A DNA stretch of 64,000 nucleotides from Oscillospiraceae bacterium (GTDB lineage: Bacteria; Bacillota; Clostridia; Oscillospirales; Ruminococcaceae): contig JAJQBX010000021.1 in NCBI GenBank assembly GCA_021203065.1, forward strand, positions 130,514 through 194,513, in the 5' to 3' direction. How positions within the stretch are numbered: the stretch's first letter is position 1; each line of letters opens with the position of its first letter. Shown here one piece after another: positions 26,293 to 36,396 of the stretch. The position numbers and the translations under genes were made by a program. Below the pieces are notes generated by a model. That model searched no databases and was not told the origin of the DNA. It saw nothing but the letters and a program-made list of their open reading frames with translations.

Positions 26293-27966
26293 TTGAGCAC
26301 ACTCAGTAAAAAGATATTTCATTCGGCGATAATCGTCGCACTGCTGGTTCTGGTAGCATGCGTCGCACTCATAATGGGCGTACTTTTCGACTACTTCGAA
26401 ACAAGCCTTGAAAACGAACTGAAAGAAAAGGCGGAGTATATCGCCTACGCCGTCAATAAAGAGGGAATCGAGCTCATCGAGGGCTATGGGGACGAAGAGT
26501 CGAGAATCAGCATCATCGCCTCCGACGGCACAGTTATCTACGACACAGCCGCTGACGCAGAAACCCTTTCGAATCACTCCGACCGTGAAGAGATAATAGA
26601 AGCTCTCGAAACAGGCACAGGCTCGAGCACCCGCTACTCCGAAACCCTCACCGAGAAGACGGTCTACTATGCGATTTTACTCGATGACGGAAGCGTTCTG
26701 AGAGTTGCGGCTACGCAGTATACGGTTGTGACAGTTCTTTTAGGACTTGTTCGCCCGATACTCGTGGTTCTTGCAATCGCACTTGTACTTTCGCTTCTTC
26801 TGTCACTTCGGGCGTCAAAGTCGATAGTCGAGCCGATAAATAACTTAAATCTCGACTCTCCCGAAAAGAATGAGACCTATGAGGAATTGACACCTCTACT
26901 TAACAAGCTTTCAGCACAGCGTCGCACGATAGCTGAGCAGATAAAGAGTGCCGAAAAGCAGCAGTCGGAATTCAGGCTTATAACCGAAAACATGAGCGAG
27001 GGCTTCTTGGTCATCGACAAGGACCTCTGCATCTTAACATACAACAGTGCGGCATTGAGTCTACTTGGACTCAGCACTCCGGTAACCGGAAGCGTTCTTC
27101 GCTACAACAGAACCAAGGGCTTGAGAACCGCCCTCGAATCGGCTCTTTCCGGCGAAAAAGCGGAAAGCACCATGGAAGTCAACTCCCGTTGCTACAGCCT
27201 TATCGCAAGCCCCGTATATGAAGAAAACGCCGTAATCGGCGCAGTAATCATAATCCTCGACGTCACAGAAAGTCAGGAGCGTGAACAGCTCCGAAGAGAA
27301 TTCACTTCAAACGTCTCCCACGAGCTGAAAACGCCGCTTACTTCAATCTCCGGCTTTGCAGAAATGCTGATGGCGGGCGATGTCCCGGCTGAGCTTTCAA
27401 AGGACTTCTCAAAATCCATCTACGATGAAGCCCAGCGGTTGATAGCCCTTATCGGCGACATAATAAAGCTTTCGGAGCTCGACGAGGGGGACGCAGGCGG
27501 GCTCGAGCGTGAGAATGTAGACCTGAAAGCCCTTTCCGAAAGCGTCCGTGAGCGTCTCATGCCGGAAGCGGAAAAGAAAGGCGTTGAGCTAAGTGTTGAG
27601 GGCGAAAGCGCATCCGTTTTCGGGATTCTGAGAATCCTAGACGAGATGATCTATAACCTCGCCGACAACGCTGTGAAGTATAATCACTCCGGCGGCAAGG
27701 CGACGATAAGCGTTTCTGATGCCGATGACAGCGTCATTCTCAAAGTTTCCGACACCGGCTGTGGAATTCCCCAGTCCGAAACAGACAGAGTTTTCGAGCG
27801 TTTCTACCGTGTCGACAAGAGCCGTTCCGGCGAAGTCCCCGGCACAGGCTTGGGTCTCTCAATAGTCAAGCACGGCGCAATATACCACGACGCAAAAATA
27901 GCCCTCGACAGCAAAGAGGGCGTCGGAACGACAGTAACCATCGATTTCCCAAAGCAAGTCAGGTAA
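26293..27966 (+). CDS. phoR: Sensor histidine kinase (PhoR-like)
   Basis: Two TM segments, a PAS-like region, H-box FTSNVSHELKTPLTSI and an HATPase domain (GTGLGLSIVKH). Confidence 0.85.
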   Translation: MSTLSKKIFHSAIIVALLVLVACVALIMGVLFDYFETSLENELKEKAEYIAYAVNKEGIELIEGYGDEESRISIIASDGTVIYDTAADAETLSNHSDREEIIEALETGTGSSTRYSETLTEKTVYYAILLDDGSVLRVAATQYTVVTVLLGLVRPILVVLAIALVLSLLLSLRASKSIVEPINNLNLDSPEKNETYEELTPLLNKLSAQRRTIAEQIKSAEKQQSEFRLITENMSEGFLVIDKDLCILTYNSAALSLLGLSTPVTGSVLRYNRTKGLRTALESALSGEKAESTMEVNSRCYSLIASPVYEENAVIGAVIIILDVTESQEREQLRREFTSNVSHELKTPLTSISGFAEMLMAGDVPAELSKDFSKSIYDEAQRLIALIGDIIKLSELDEGDAGGLERENVDLKALSESVRERLMPEAEKKGVELSVEGESASVFGILRILDEMIYNLADNAVKYNHSGGKATISVSDADDSVILKVSDTGCGIPQSETDRVFERFYRVDKSRSGEVPGTGLGLSIVKHGAIYHDAKIALDSKEGVGTTVTIDFPKQVR

Positions 27967-28027
27967 TACCAAAATCCTTTTCATAAATAGTGTGATAACG
28001 CCCCCAACAGATAATCTGTCAGGGGCG

Positions 28028-28056
28028 TTGACCTTTCCCCATAAATATGCTATAAT
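28028..28056 (+). promoter_or_regulatory. Sigma-A promoter TTGACC-17-TATAAT
   Basis: TTGACC at 28028-28033 and TATAAT at 28051-28056, just after a GC hairpin (CGCCCC...GGGGCG) that probably terminates phoR. Confidence 0.65.
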
Positions 28057-28085
28057 TTAACCATCAAAACCTTAAGGAGTCCGAC

Positions 28086-31010
28086 ATGAACCGTTATACG
28101 ACTTTATTTGAACAGCAGTCTTATCAGGATGCGCTGGATTTTTATCTTGAAACGCTTGAAAACCCGAAGCTTAAGACTTGGGATTATGTAATTCTCACTG
28201 CCAGTAACCAAGCTCAGGCAAAAGCGTATGAAGTACAGATTGAGCATCGGCTTAAGCACGGTCAGCTTCCCGGGAGCACCCATTATGCCGTGATTCCTGA
28301 CCTCGACGGCAAGCGTGTCGGAAGCGGCGGAGCTACCTTTTCCTGTATAAAATATGTCGCAGAAGACGGTGAAGAAGCCTCCGGAAACCCGTTTTCGGGA
28401 AAGAAAGTTTTGGTCATCCATTCCGGCGGAGACAGCAAGCGTGTGCCGCAGTATTCGGCATGCGGAAAGCTCTTTTCGCCCGTCCCGAGACTCCTGCCAG
28501 ATGGTCGCCGCTCAACGCTTTTTGACGAGTTCATGATCGGAATGAGTACCGTTGCCGGAAGAATCCAAGACGGCATGCTCGTCTGCTCGGGCGACGTCCT
28601 GCTTCTGTTCAACGCACTGCAGATAGACTTCTATGGCGCAGGTGCGGCGGCTCTTTCAATAAAGGAGAAAGCCGAAACCGGCAAGAATCACGGTGTTTAT
28701 CTCAAGGATGAAAAAGGCAATGTCGGAAGATTTCTCCATAAACAGACGGTCGAAACCCTCACGGATGTAGGCGCAGTCGATTCAAACGGCAAGGTCGACA
28801 TCGACACAGGCGCAGTAATTCTCACCTCCGAAGTCTTAAACGACCTCTATAAGCTTATAAATACAGACGAAACCTATCATAAATTTGTGAATGAGCAAGC
28901 CCGGCTCTCGTTCTATGCAGATTTTCTCTATCCGCTGGCATCAGGCTCAACACTCGAGCAGTTCTATAAGGAAAAGCCGGAGGGCGATTTCACCCCGGAG
29001 CTTCACGAGTGCAGAACCGCACTCTGGCAGACCCTTTCCGGCTATAATATGAAGCTTATAAGGCTTTCTCCGGCATCGTTCATCCATTTCGGAACGACGA
29101 GAGAGCTTCGGCATCTCATGACCGACGGAATGGACGAGTACAGATTTCTCGACTGGTCGTCGACAATCGGAAGCAATCTTTCTCCAAGAGATTTCGCCGT
29201 CAGTAACAGCTATGTCAGCCGCCGTTCAACCGTCGGCAAAGGCAGCTATATCGAGGATTCGAGAATCCACCGTTACACAGAGGTAGGGAAGAAGTGCGTC
29301 ATTTCCGGAGTAACCCTCACCGGTGAAACCGTTCCCGACGGCTCTGTTCTTCACGGCTTGAAGCTTGATGACGGACGCTTTGTCTGCCGGATGTATGGCA
29401 TAGACGACAATCCGAAAGAGAATACACTTTTCGGAAACGACATCGGCGAGCCGCTCTGGACAGCTTCCATCTATCCCATCTGCGAAACCATCGAAGAGGC
29501 TGTAAAAGCCACCCTTTCCCTTAATCTTCAGAACGGCTGGAAGTCGGATAGCATTTGGGAAGCCATCAGTCTTAAGGACAGCTTCAATCGTGCCGACGTA
29601 ACGGCAATCCTCCCGTGGCAGGAAAACCTCTATGAGCAGGTTGTCGCAGAGGCGATTTTGGAGAACATCGACAATGGCGTTCCTGCCGAGGATGTGAGAA
29701 AGACCTACCCGAATATCGACAAGCACACGATAAAATATCTTTTAGACAAGGCGGACAGACAGGATAAAGACGACCCGGCGCAGTTCAGTAAACTCATCCG
29801 CATCTATGCCTATCTCTGGAAGCTCACCGGCGAGAACAAGTACGCTGACAAGTGCTTTCTGACGATTTCCGACACGGTGCTTGCGAATGCCGTCAGGGAC
29901 ACATCCTACAGAAGCAATGCGCATATTGTCAGGGATGAGGTGAAGACCTGTCTGCCGGTTCGTGTCAACTTCGGCGGCGGCTGGAGCGACACTCCGCCCT
30001 ATTGCATGGAGCACGGCGGAACGGTTCTCAATGCTGCAATCAGCCTTAATGGTGAGCTCCCAATTGAGGTCACACTCAGACGTCTTGATGAGCCAAAAAT
30101 AGTCCTCTGCTCGACAGATATTGGAGCATATAAGGAGTTCACCGGAGATTTATCTGAGCTCCAGAGCTGCCGCAACCCTCAGGACGCTTTCGCCCTCCAC
30201 AAGGCTGCCCTCATCGCAAGCGGCCTTATCCCGTATCAGGAGGAGGGAACTATAGAAGAGGTCTGCAGAAGCCTCGGCGGCGGTCTTTATTTCAACACAA
30301 GGGTTATAAATATTCCGAAAGGCTCAGGTCTCGGGACAAGCTCAATCTTGGCGGGTGCCTGCATAAAGGGGCTCTATGAGCTCACCGGCACAGAAATCTC
30401 ATCCGACGAGATGTACCAGAGAGTACTCTGCATGGAGCAGCTCATGTCGACCGGCGGCGGCTGGCAGGATCAGGTCGGAGGCTTAGCCCCCGGAGTAAAG
30501 ATGGTCACCTCCCGTCCAAGCCTCAAGCAGGAAATTATCTGCACACCTCTTAATATAAGCGAAGAAACTTTAAATGAACTCAACTCCCGCTTTGCACTCA
30601 TCTACACCGGTCAGCGCAGACTTGCAAGAAATCTTCTTCGGGACGTCGTCGGACGGTATGTCACAAACGACAGGACGTCTCTGGAAGCCCACTACAATAT
30701 CCAACGTCTTGCGGTTCTCATGAGGTTTGAGCTTGAAAAGGGCAACGTCGACGGCTTCGCCCGACTTTTGAGTGAGCACTGGGACGAGAGCATCCACCTC
30801 GACAGTGGCAGCACCAACACCTGCATCGACCAGATTTTCAAGTCAATTGACGATCTCATAGACGGCAGAATGATATGCGGAGCAGGCGGCGGCGGCTTCC
30901 TGCAGGTGGTTTTAAAGAAGAATGTCACAAAAGCTGATCTTTCAGCAAGGCTTAATGAAGTTTTCCAAGACAGCGGCGTCATGGTTTATGATTGCGAGAT
31001 TTTGGGGTAA
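28086..31010 (+). CDS. fkp: Bifunctional L-fucokinase / fucose-1-phosphate guanylyltransferase (Fkp-like)
   Basis: 974 aa. N-terminal nucleotidyltransferase/fucokinase-type region and a C-terminal GHMP kinase with PKGSGLGTSSILAGA motif. The architecture matches Bacteroides Fkp. Confidence 0.8.
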   Translation: MNRYTTLFEQQSYQDALDFYLETLENPKLKTWDYVILTASNQAQAKAYEVQIEHRLKHGQLPGSTHYAVIPDLDGKRVGSGGATFSCIKYVAEDGEEASGNPFSGKKVLVIHSGGDSKRVPQYSACGKLFSPVPRLLPDGRRSTLFDEFMIGMSTVAGRIQDGMLVCSGDVLLLFNALQIDFYGAGAAALSIKEKAETGKNHGVYLKDEKGNVGRFLHKQTVETLTDVGAVDSNGKVDIDTGAVILTSEVLNDLYKLINTDETYHKFVNEQARLSFYADFLYPLASGSTLEQFYKEKPEGDFTPELHECRTALWQTLSGYNMKLIRLSPASFIHFGTTRELRHLMTDGMDEYRFLDWSSTIGSNLSPRDFAVSNSYVSRRSTVGKGSYIEDSRIHRYTEVGKKCVISGVTLTGETVPDGSVLHGLKLDDGRFVCRMYGIDDNPKENTLFGNDIGEPLWTASIYPICETIEEAVKATLSLNLQNGWKSDSIWEAISLKDSFNRADVTAILPWQENLYEQVVAEAILENIDNGVPAEDVRKTYPNIDKHTIKYLLDKADRQDKDDPAQFSKLIRIYAYLWKLTGENKYADKCFLTISDTVLANAVRDTSYRSNAHIVRDEVKTCLPVRVNFGGGWSDTPPYCMEHGGTVLNAAISLNGELPIEVTLRRLDEPKIVLCSTDIGAYKEFTGDLSELQSCRNPQDAFALHKAALIASGLIPYQEEGTIEEVCRSLGGGLYFNTRVINIPKGSGLGTSSILAGACIKGLYELTGTEISSDEMYQRVLCMEQLMSTGGGWQDQVGGLAPGVKMVTSRPSLKQEIICTPLNISEETLNELNSRFALIYTGQRRLARNLLRDVVGRYVTNDRTSLEAHYNIQRLAVLMRFELEKGNVDGFARLLSEHWDESIHLDSGSTNTCIDQIFKSIDDLIDGRMICGAGGGGFLQVVLKKNVTKADLSARLNEVFQDSGVMVYDCEILG

Positions 31011-31012
31011 AC

Positions 31013-31054
31013 ATTTCTGCCAACTCAGTTGCTATAAAGTTGGCAGAAATTTTT
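31013..31054. terminator. Bidirectional terminator
   Basis: ATTTCTGCCAAC-loop-GTTGGCAGAAAT perfect 12-bp stem followed by TTTT. Confidence 0.75.
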
Positions 31055-31101
31055 ACTTTTAAGCCCTCCATCTCCTCCGAAACTCGCTTGGGGTCATTCC
31101 C

Positions 31102-31935
31102 TCAGCTTTTTTTGAACGCCCTTATGAAATAGTTGACGTCATTGTACCCACAATCAGCACCTATGCTTTCAAGACTCCGGTCGGAGAAGCGCAGGTGCTT
31201 TTTTGCGCTCGTGATCCTTACCTGCGTTAAGTATCCGTTTATCGTCGTGCCGTACTGCTCCTTGAAAATGTGCGCAAGATAGTACTTACTGATGTAAAAT
31301 TTCGCCGCCAGATCGTCAAGCCTTATATTGTTTTTGTAATTCTCGTCGAGATAATCCCGCACCGCTCTTAAGTCGTTTCTCTTGGCAAGTTCATTCCCAT
31401 GCCGCTCCGGGTTCCAGCTGTTTCGCATTATCTCTGTCAGCATGAGGCTCAAAAGCCCGTTGATTTCCATGTCACGTATATACGATTCAGATGAGGCTAT
31501 TCTCCCGATTTCCGAGATTATCCCGGAGAGATTTTCGCATCCGTCAACCGGTCGGAAGCGGAATTCTCCTCCACGCTCCCGATATTTTTCATAGATTCCG
31601 TCCATACTGTACCCATAGAAGTGCACCCACTGCAGCCTCCACAGGTCGCTCGAAGAGCGGTGGCTGTAGCTTTGCATGCAGTTCACAAACCCACAGTCGC
31701 CAGAGCTCATCTCAAACTCCTTCCCCTCGACGGTGAGAGTTCCGCTCCCACTTTTCACGATGAAGAAGAGGTACGAGCTCAATCCATTTCGCTTCGATTC
31801 GTGCGGTCTTATGGCGGAAAGCTCCCCGACCTCCTGAAGATAGATGAGATTTGAGCGTGCAAAAGCAGTTGGAGTGTAGATAATTCTTTGCGACCTGACA
31901 ATATCACCGTCAGACATAAACTGATTGCCAGCCAT
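31102..31935 (-). CDS. AraC-family transcriptional regulator (cupin sensor + HTH)
   Basis: C-terminal AraC HTH (LDDLAAKFYISKYYLAHIFKEQYGTTINGYLTQVRITSAKKHL). ATG at 31935 lies after a GGGGGT SD and a TATAAT at ~31963-31968 (minus). Confidence 0.85.
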   Translation of the reverse strand: MAGNQFMSDGDIVRSQRIIYTPTAFARSNLIYLQEVGELSAIRPHESKRNGLSSYLFFIVKSGSGTLTVEGKEFEMSSGDCGFVNCMQSYSHRSSSDLWRLQWVHFYGYSMDGIYEKYRERGGEFRFRPVDGCENLSGIISEIGRIASSESYIRDMEINGLLSLMLTEIMRNSWNPERHGNELAKRNDLRAVRDYLDENYKNNIRLDDLAAKFYISKYYLAHIFKEQYGTTINGYLTQVRITSAKKHLRFSDRSLESIGADCGYNDVNYFIRAFKKS

Positions 31936-32131
31936 ATGTAACCCCCATTTCAAAGTACTGGAACCATTATAGCACACTATCTCCAAAAAAGCAACATTGT
32001 GCTATTAACTCTCAACATAGTCTATCGAAATGGTGGGGGAATTGTTATAATATAAGCCATTGGTACAAGGCGATACCAAAGCAGCAGCTGAAAAATGTGC
32101 GCAAAATAAGAATAGTATTGGAGTTATGCAA

Positions 32132-33220
32132 ATGAAAAAAGCATTGATAACAGGTATAACAGGTCAGGACGGCTCATACTTGGCTGAATTTCTCCTCGAA
32201 AAGGGCTATGACGTCCACGGCATAATCCGCCGCTCGTCAGTAGATTACAGAGAGCGAATTGCTCATCTCGAGGGCAGAGAGCACTTTCACCTCCACTTCG
32301 GAGACATGGGCGACTCGATGAGCCTCGTGTCGGTGATCGGAAGCGTCAGACCGGATGAAATCTATAACTTGGCGGCTCAGAGCCATGTTCAGGTTTCTTT
32401 CGATGTCCCCGAATTCACAGCCGACGTCGACGCTACAGGCGTTTTAAGAGTTCTCGAGGCAGTTCGTCTTACAGGTCTCAAGGACACCTGCCGCATCTAT
32501 CAGGCATCCACTTCTGAGCTCTATGGCAAGGTTGAGGAGGTCCCTCAGCGTGAGACAACCCCTTTCCACCCTTACAGCCCCTACGCAGTCGCCAAGCAGT
32601 ATGGCTTCTGGATCACAAAAGAGTATAGGGAAGCCTACAACATGTTCTGCTGCTCGGGGATTCTCTTCAACCACGAGTCGGAGCGAAGAGGAGAGACCTT
32701 TGTAACAAGAAAGATAACTTTGGCGGCATCAAGAATCGCTCAGGGCAAGCAGGACAAGCTATACCTTGGAAATCTTTCGTCCTTAAGAGACTGGGGCTAT
32801 GCGAAAGATTATGTCGAGTGCATGTGGCTTATTTTGCAGCATGACACCCCCGAAGATTTCGTCATAGCAACCGGAGTACAGCACTCTGTGAGAGAGTTCG
32901 CAACCCTTGCTTTCCATTATGCCGGAATCGAGCTTGAGTGGCAGGGTGAGGGGATGGACGAAAAGGGAATAGACAAGGCAACCGGCAAAGTTTTGGTTGA
33001 GGTCAGCCCCGACTTCTATCGTCCTACAGATGTCGTCAATCTCTGGGGAGACCCGACAAAGGCGAAAACGGAGCTTGGCTGGAATCCTGTCAAGACCAGC
33101 TTTGAGGACTTGGTCAGAATTATGGTCGAGCACGATATGGAAAAGGTCGCCGTTGAACGTGCCGAGGAGCATATCAAGACTAATCTTGAAGAATATCTCG
33201 AAAAGGGTGTTATAAAGTAA
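32132..33220 (+). CDS. gmd: GDP-mannose 4,6-dehydratase
   Basis: [48 protein letters not shown] at 32132 is preferred (GGAG 8 nt upstream). Confidence 0.9.
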   Translation: MKKALITGITGQDGSYLAEFLLEKGYDVHGIIRRSSVDYRERIAHLEGREHFHLHFGDMGDSMSLVSVIGSVRPDEIYNLAAQSHVQVSFDVPEFTADVDATGVLRVLEAVRLTGLKDTCRIYQASTSELYGKVEEVPQRETTPFHPYSPYAVAKQYGFWITKEYREAYNMFCCSGILFNHESERRGETFVTRKITLAASRIAQGKQDKLYLGNLSSLRDWGYAKDYVECMWLILQHDTPEDFVIATGVQHSVREFATLAFHYAGIELEWQGEGMDEKGIDKATGKVLVEVSPDFYRPTDVVNLWGDPTKAKTELGWNPVKTSFEDLVRIMVEHDMEKVAVERAEEHIKTNLEEYLEKGVIK

Positions 33221-34164
33221 TGATGGAGAAAAATGCAAAAATATACGTTGCCGGTCACCGTGGAATGGTCGGCTCCGCAATAGTAAGGGAGCTCAACCGT
33301 CAGGGATATAGTAACATAGTAACAAGAACCCACAGCGAACTCGACCTGACCCGTCAGGATGCCGTTGAGAAGTTCTTCTCGGAGGAGAAGCCGGAATACG
33401 TCTTCTTGGCGGCTGCCAAGGTCGGCGGAATCGTCGCCAATGAGAGTGCGCTTGCAGATTTCATGTATGACAACATGATACTTGAGATGAACGTCGTCCA
33501 TTCAGCATGGAAAAACGGCTGCAAAAAGCTCGAATTCCTTGGATCTTCCTGCATCTATCCGAGGATGGCACCCCAGCCGATGCCGGAGAGCTGCCTCCTG
33601 ACAGGGGAGCTCGAAAAGACCAACGAGGCTTACGCCCTCGCCAAGATTTCCGGTCTTAAGTACTGCGAATTCCTCAACCGCCAGTATGGCACTGACTATA
33701 TTTCCGTAATGCCTACAAACCTCTATGGACCGAACGACAACTATCACCCCACCCACAGCCATGTTCTTCCTGCACTTATTCGCAGATTCCACGAAGCGAA
33801 AGTGGAGGGCAAGGAGTATGTCACCTGCTGGGGAGACGGCAGTCCACTCCGGGAATTTCTCTACGTCGACGACCTTGCAAACCTCTGCGTATTCCTTATG
33901 AACAACTACAGCGGCAACGAGACAGTCAACGCCGGAACGGGCAAGGAGCTTACCATCAAAGAGCTCACCGAGCTGGTGGCGAAGGTTATCGGCTATGAGG
34001 GCGAAATCCGCTGGGATCCCTCAAAGCCAAACGGCACTCCAAGAAAGCTTTTGGATGTCAGCAAGGCGACCGCCCTTGGCTGGACATACAAAACCGAGCT
34101 TGAGGACGGCATCAGGCTTTCCTATGAGGACTTCCTGAACAATCCAATGAGGGCTGAAAGATGA
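33220..34164 (+). CDS. fcl: GDP-L-fucose synthase (GDP-4-keto-6-deoxymannose 3,5-epimerase/4-reductase)
   Basis: VAGHRGMVGSAI, YALAKI, WGDGSPLREFLYVDDLA. Confidence 0.9.
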   Translation: MMEKNAKIYVAGHRGMVGSAIVRELNRQGYSNIVTRTHSELDLTRQDAVEKFFSEEKPEYVFLAAAKVGGIVANESALADFMYDNMILEMNVVHSAWKNGCKKLEFLGSSCIYPRMAPQPMPESCLLTGELEKTNEAYALAKISGLKYCEFLNRQYGTDYISVMPTNLYGPNDNYHPTHSHVLPALIRRFHEAKVEGKEYVTCWGDGSPLREFLYVDDLANLCVFLMNNYSGNETVNAGTGKELTIKELTELVAKVIGYEGEIRWDPSKPNGTPRKLLDVSKATALGWTYKTELEDGIRLSYEDFLNNPMRAER

Positions 34165-35471
34165 ACATAATTCTGCTTTCAGGCGGCTCAGGCAAACGCC
34201 TCTGGCCATTATCAAACGACATCCGTTCCAAGCAATTTATCAAGATTTTCAGAACCGACGACGGCTATGAATCGATGGTTCAGAGAGTATACCGTCAGAT
34301 AAAATCGGTCGACCCGAACGCCACCGTCACGATAGCTACCTCAAAGGCTCAGGTCTCCGCAATCCACAACCAGCTTGGCGAGGATGTCGGAGTTTCGGTT
34401 GAGCCCTGTCGCCGTGACACTTTCCCGGCAATCGCTCTTGCAACAGCCTATCTTCACGATGTGATGGGTGTTCCGGAAGACGAATCTGTTGTGGTCTGCC
34501 CGGTAGACCCCTATGTCGGGGACGACTATTTCGAGGCGATAAAAAGGCTCTGCGAGCAGGCTTCGACGGGCGAAGCAAACTTAGTCCTCATGGGAATAGA
34601 GCCGACATATCCAAGCGAGAAGTACGGCTATATCATCCCTGCTTCTGGTGCTGAAATAGCCGAAGTAAACTCTTTCAAGGAAAAGCCGGACGCCAAGACC
34701 GCCGAGGAGTACATCGCAAAGGGCGCACTCTGGAATGGCGGAGTTTTCGCCTATAAACTGAGCTACGTTTTAAACAAGGCTCACGAGCTTATCGGTTTCA
34801 CTGATTATCAGGATCTTTTCAACAGGTATGACACGCTTGAGAAGATAAGCTTTGACTACGCCGTAGTCGAAAAAGAGCCGAAAATTCAGGTAATGCGCTT
34901 TTCCGGCGAGTGGAAAGACCTTGGAACGTGGAACACCCTGACGGAGGCGATGGACGAGCCAACAATAGGCGAAGCTGTTTTAAACGACAACTGCGAAAAC
35001 GTCCATGTTCTGAACGAGCTCAATGTCCCGGTCATCTGTATGGGTCTTCACGACGTCGTAGTCTCCGCAAGCCCTGAGGGAATACTCGTCTCCGACAAGG
35101 AGCAGTCGAGCTATATCAAGCCCTATGTCGATAAAATCGACCAGCAGGTAATGTTTGCCGAAAAGTCATGGGGAAGCTTCCGTGTACTCGACGTAGAGGA
35201 GAACAGCCTCACAATCAAGGTAACCCTCAATCCCGGTCACGGAATGTACTATCACAGCCACATGCGTCGTGACGAGATATGGAACGTCATCGAGGGCGAG
35301 GGAATAGTGACCCTTGACGGCAAGAAAAGAGAGGTTGGCGTTGGCGACATCATAGAGATGAAAGCCGGCACACGTCACACCGTCACAGCCGTTACCGAGC
35401 TGAAGATAATCGAGGTTCAGCTTGGCAGTGAGATAAGCGTCCACGACAAGCAGAAATTCGGACGGGAATAA
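34161..35471 (+). CDS. manC: Mannose-1-phosphate guanylyltransferase with C-terminal cupin domain
   Basis: LSGGSGKRLWPLS nucleotidyltransferase N-terminus and a cupin HxH-type segment (GMYYHSHMRRDEIWNVIEGEG). Confidence 0.8.
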   Translation: MNIILLSGGSGKRLWPLSNDIRSKQFIKIFRTDDGYESMVQRVYRQIKSVDPNATVTIATSKAQVSAIHNQLGEDVGVSVEPCRRDTFPAIALATAYLHDVMGVPEDESVVVCPVDPYVGDDYFEAIKRLCEQASTGEANLVLMGIEPTYPSEKYGYIIPASGAEIAEVNSFKEKPDAKTAEEYIAKGALWNGGVFAYKLSYVLNKAHELIGFTDYQDLFNRYDTLEKISFDYAVVEKEPKIQVMRFSGEWKDLGTWNTLTEAMDEPTIGEAVLNDNCENVHVLNELNVPVICMGLHDVVVSASPEGILVSDKEQSSYIKPYVDKIDQQVMFAEKSWGSFRVLDVEENSLTIKVTLNPGHGMYYHSHMRRDEIWNVIEGEGIVTLDGKKREVGVGDIIEMKAGTRHTVTAVTELKIIEVQLGSEISVHDKQKFGRE

Positions 35472-35494
35472 TTTTAAAATTTTCCCGAAAACAC

Positions 35495-35523
35495 TTGAAA
35501 AATGCTTAAAAGTATGGCACAAT
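35495..35523 (+). promoter_or_regulatory. Possible weak extended -10 promoter (TTGAAA-17-TGgCACAAT)
   Basis: TTGAAA at 35495-35500, TG at 35515-35516, CACAAT at 35518-35523. It sits upstream of the terminator hairpin, not after it. Confidence 0.3.
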
Positions 35524-35550
35524 ATAGTTAGCTAAGTCTGACTACTCGGT

Positions 35551-35586
35551 GTCCTGCGGTCGGATCCGGTCGCAGGACGTTTTTTA
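35551..35586 (+). terminator. Intrinsic terminator after manC, immediately before the kinase/PqqD/peptidase cassette
   Basis: GTCCTGCG-gtcggatccggt-CGCAGGAC followed by GTTTTTT. Only ~21 nt separate it from the ATG at 35608. Confidence 0.75.
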
Positions 35587-35607
35587 TAGCATAAGGGAAG
35601 TGAACGG

Positions 35608-36396
35608 ATGGACATATTCAATGTGGAGTTTGCAGGTCTCACGATTGAGATAAAGAGTCGTTTTAAATATATGAGATGGTTCTGTCAGAGCTATATTACC
35701 GAAAACACTACTCCCGATTTTTCGGTTCAGGCAGAGGACTCAAGGCTCGAGGAGCTTCGGCAGTTCAGTCCTGAAATGCGTGACGAGTATCTTGAGCGTG
35801 ACGCCATTTATTCTGCAATAGCCTCAAAGCTCCCATATTACGACCGTGTCACTCTTCACGGCGCATGCATTTCATATAAGGACAAATCCTATCTCTTCAC
35901 CGCCGCAAGCGGAACAGGGAAATCGACCCATATCGCCCTCTGGAAGAGATATTTGGGCGACGATGTCAGCATAGTAAACGGTGACAAGCCCATCTTTCAC
36001 GTCAAGCCTGACGGCACTATCCGTGCTTACGACACCCCGTGGTGCGGCAAAGAGTGCTGGAATCAGAGAAAAAGTGGAGAAATGGCGGGAATCTGCTTCA
36101 TAAGAAGGCTCGAAACTCCGGGCGACAAAAACACCATCAGTCCGATGAAGCCTGACGAGGCTATTCCATACATGCTCCGCCAGATGTTCCATCCGTATGA
36201 AGAGGAAGCAACCGGGCTGATGCTTGGGCTGTTTGACGAAATACTTTCAAGGCTGCCGCTATGGCTATTGGAGTGCGACATCTCAGAGGATGCAGTCAGG
36301 ACAAGCTTTGAAGCCATGACCGGCGAAAAGTATCACAGGGCAGAAAAAGAAACAACAATAGAAGAAATAAACAAGCAATGGAGGATGTCAAGATGA
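35608..36396 (+). CDS. HPr-kinase-like (HprK-related) P-loop protein
   Basis: HGACISYKDKSYLFTAASGTGKSTHIALW parallels the HPrK C-terminal-domain Walker A context (HG..v.v.g.GvLi.G.SG.GKS..AL). 262 aa, no signal peptide. Confidence 0.65.
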   Translation: MDIFNVEFAGLTIEIKSRFKYMRWFCQSYITENTTPDFSVQAEDSRLEELRQFSPEMRDEYLERDAIYSAIASKLPYYDRVTLHGACISYKDKSYLFTAASGTGKSTHIALWKRYLGDDVSIVNGDKPIFHVKPDGTIRAYDTPWCGKECWNQRKSGEMAGICFIRRLETPGDKNTISPMKPDEAIPYMLRQMFHPYEEEATGLMLGLFDEILSRLPLWLLECDISEDAVRTSFEAMTGEKYHRAEKETTIEEINKQWRMSR

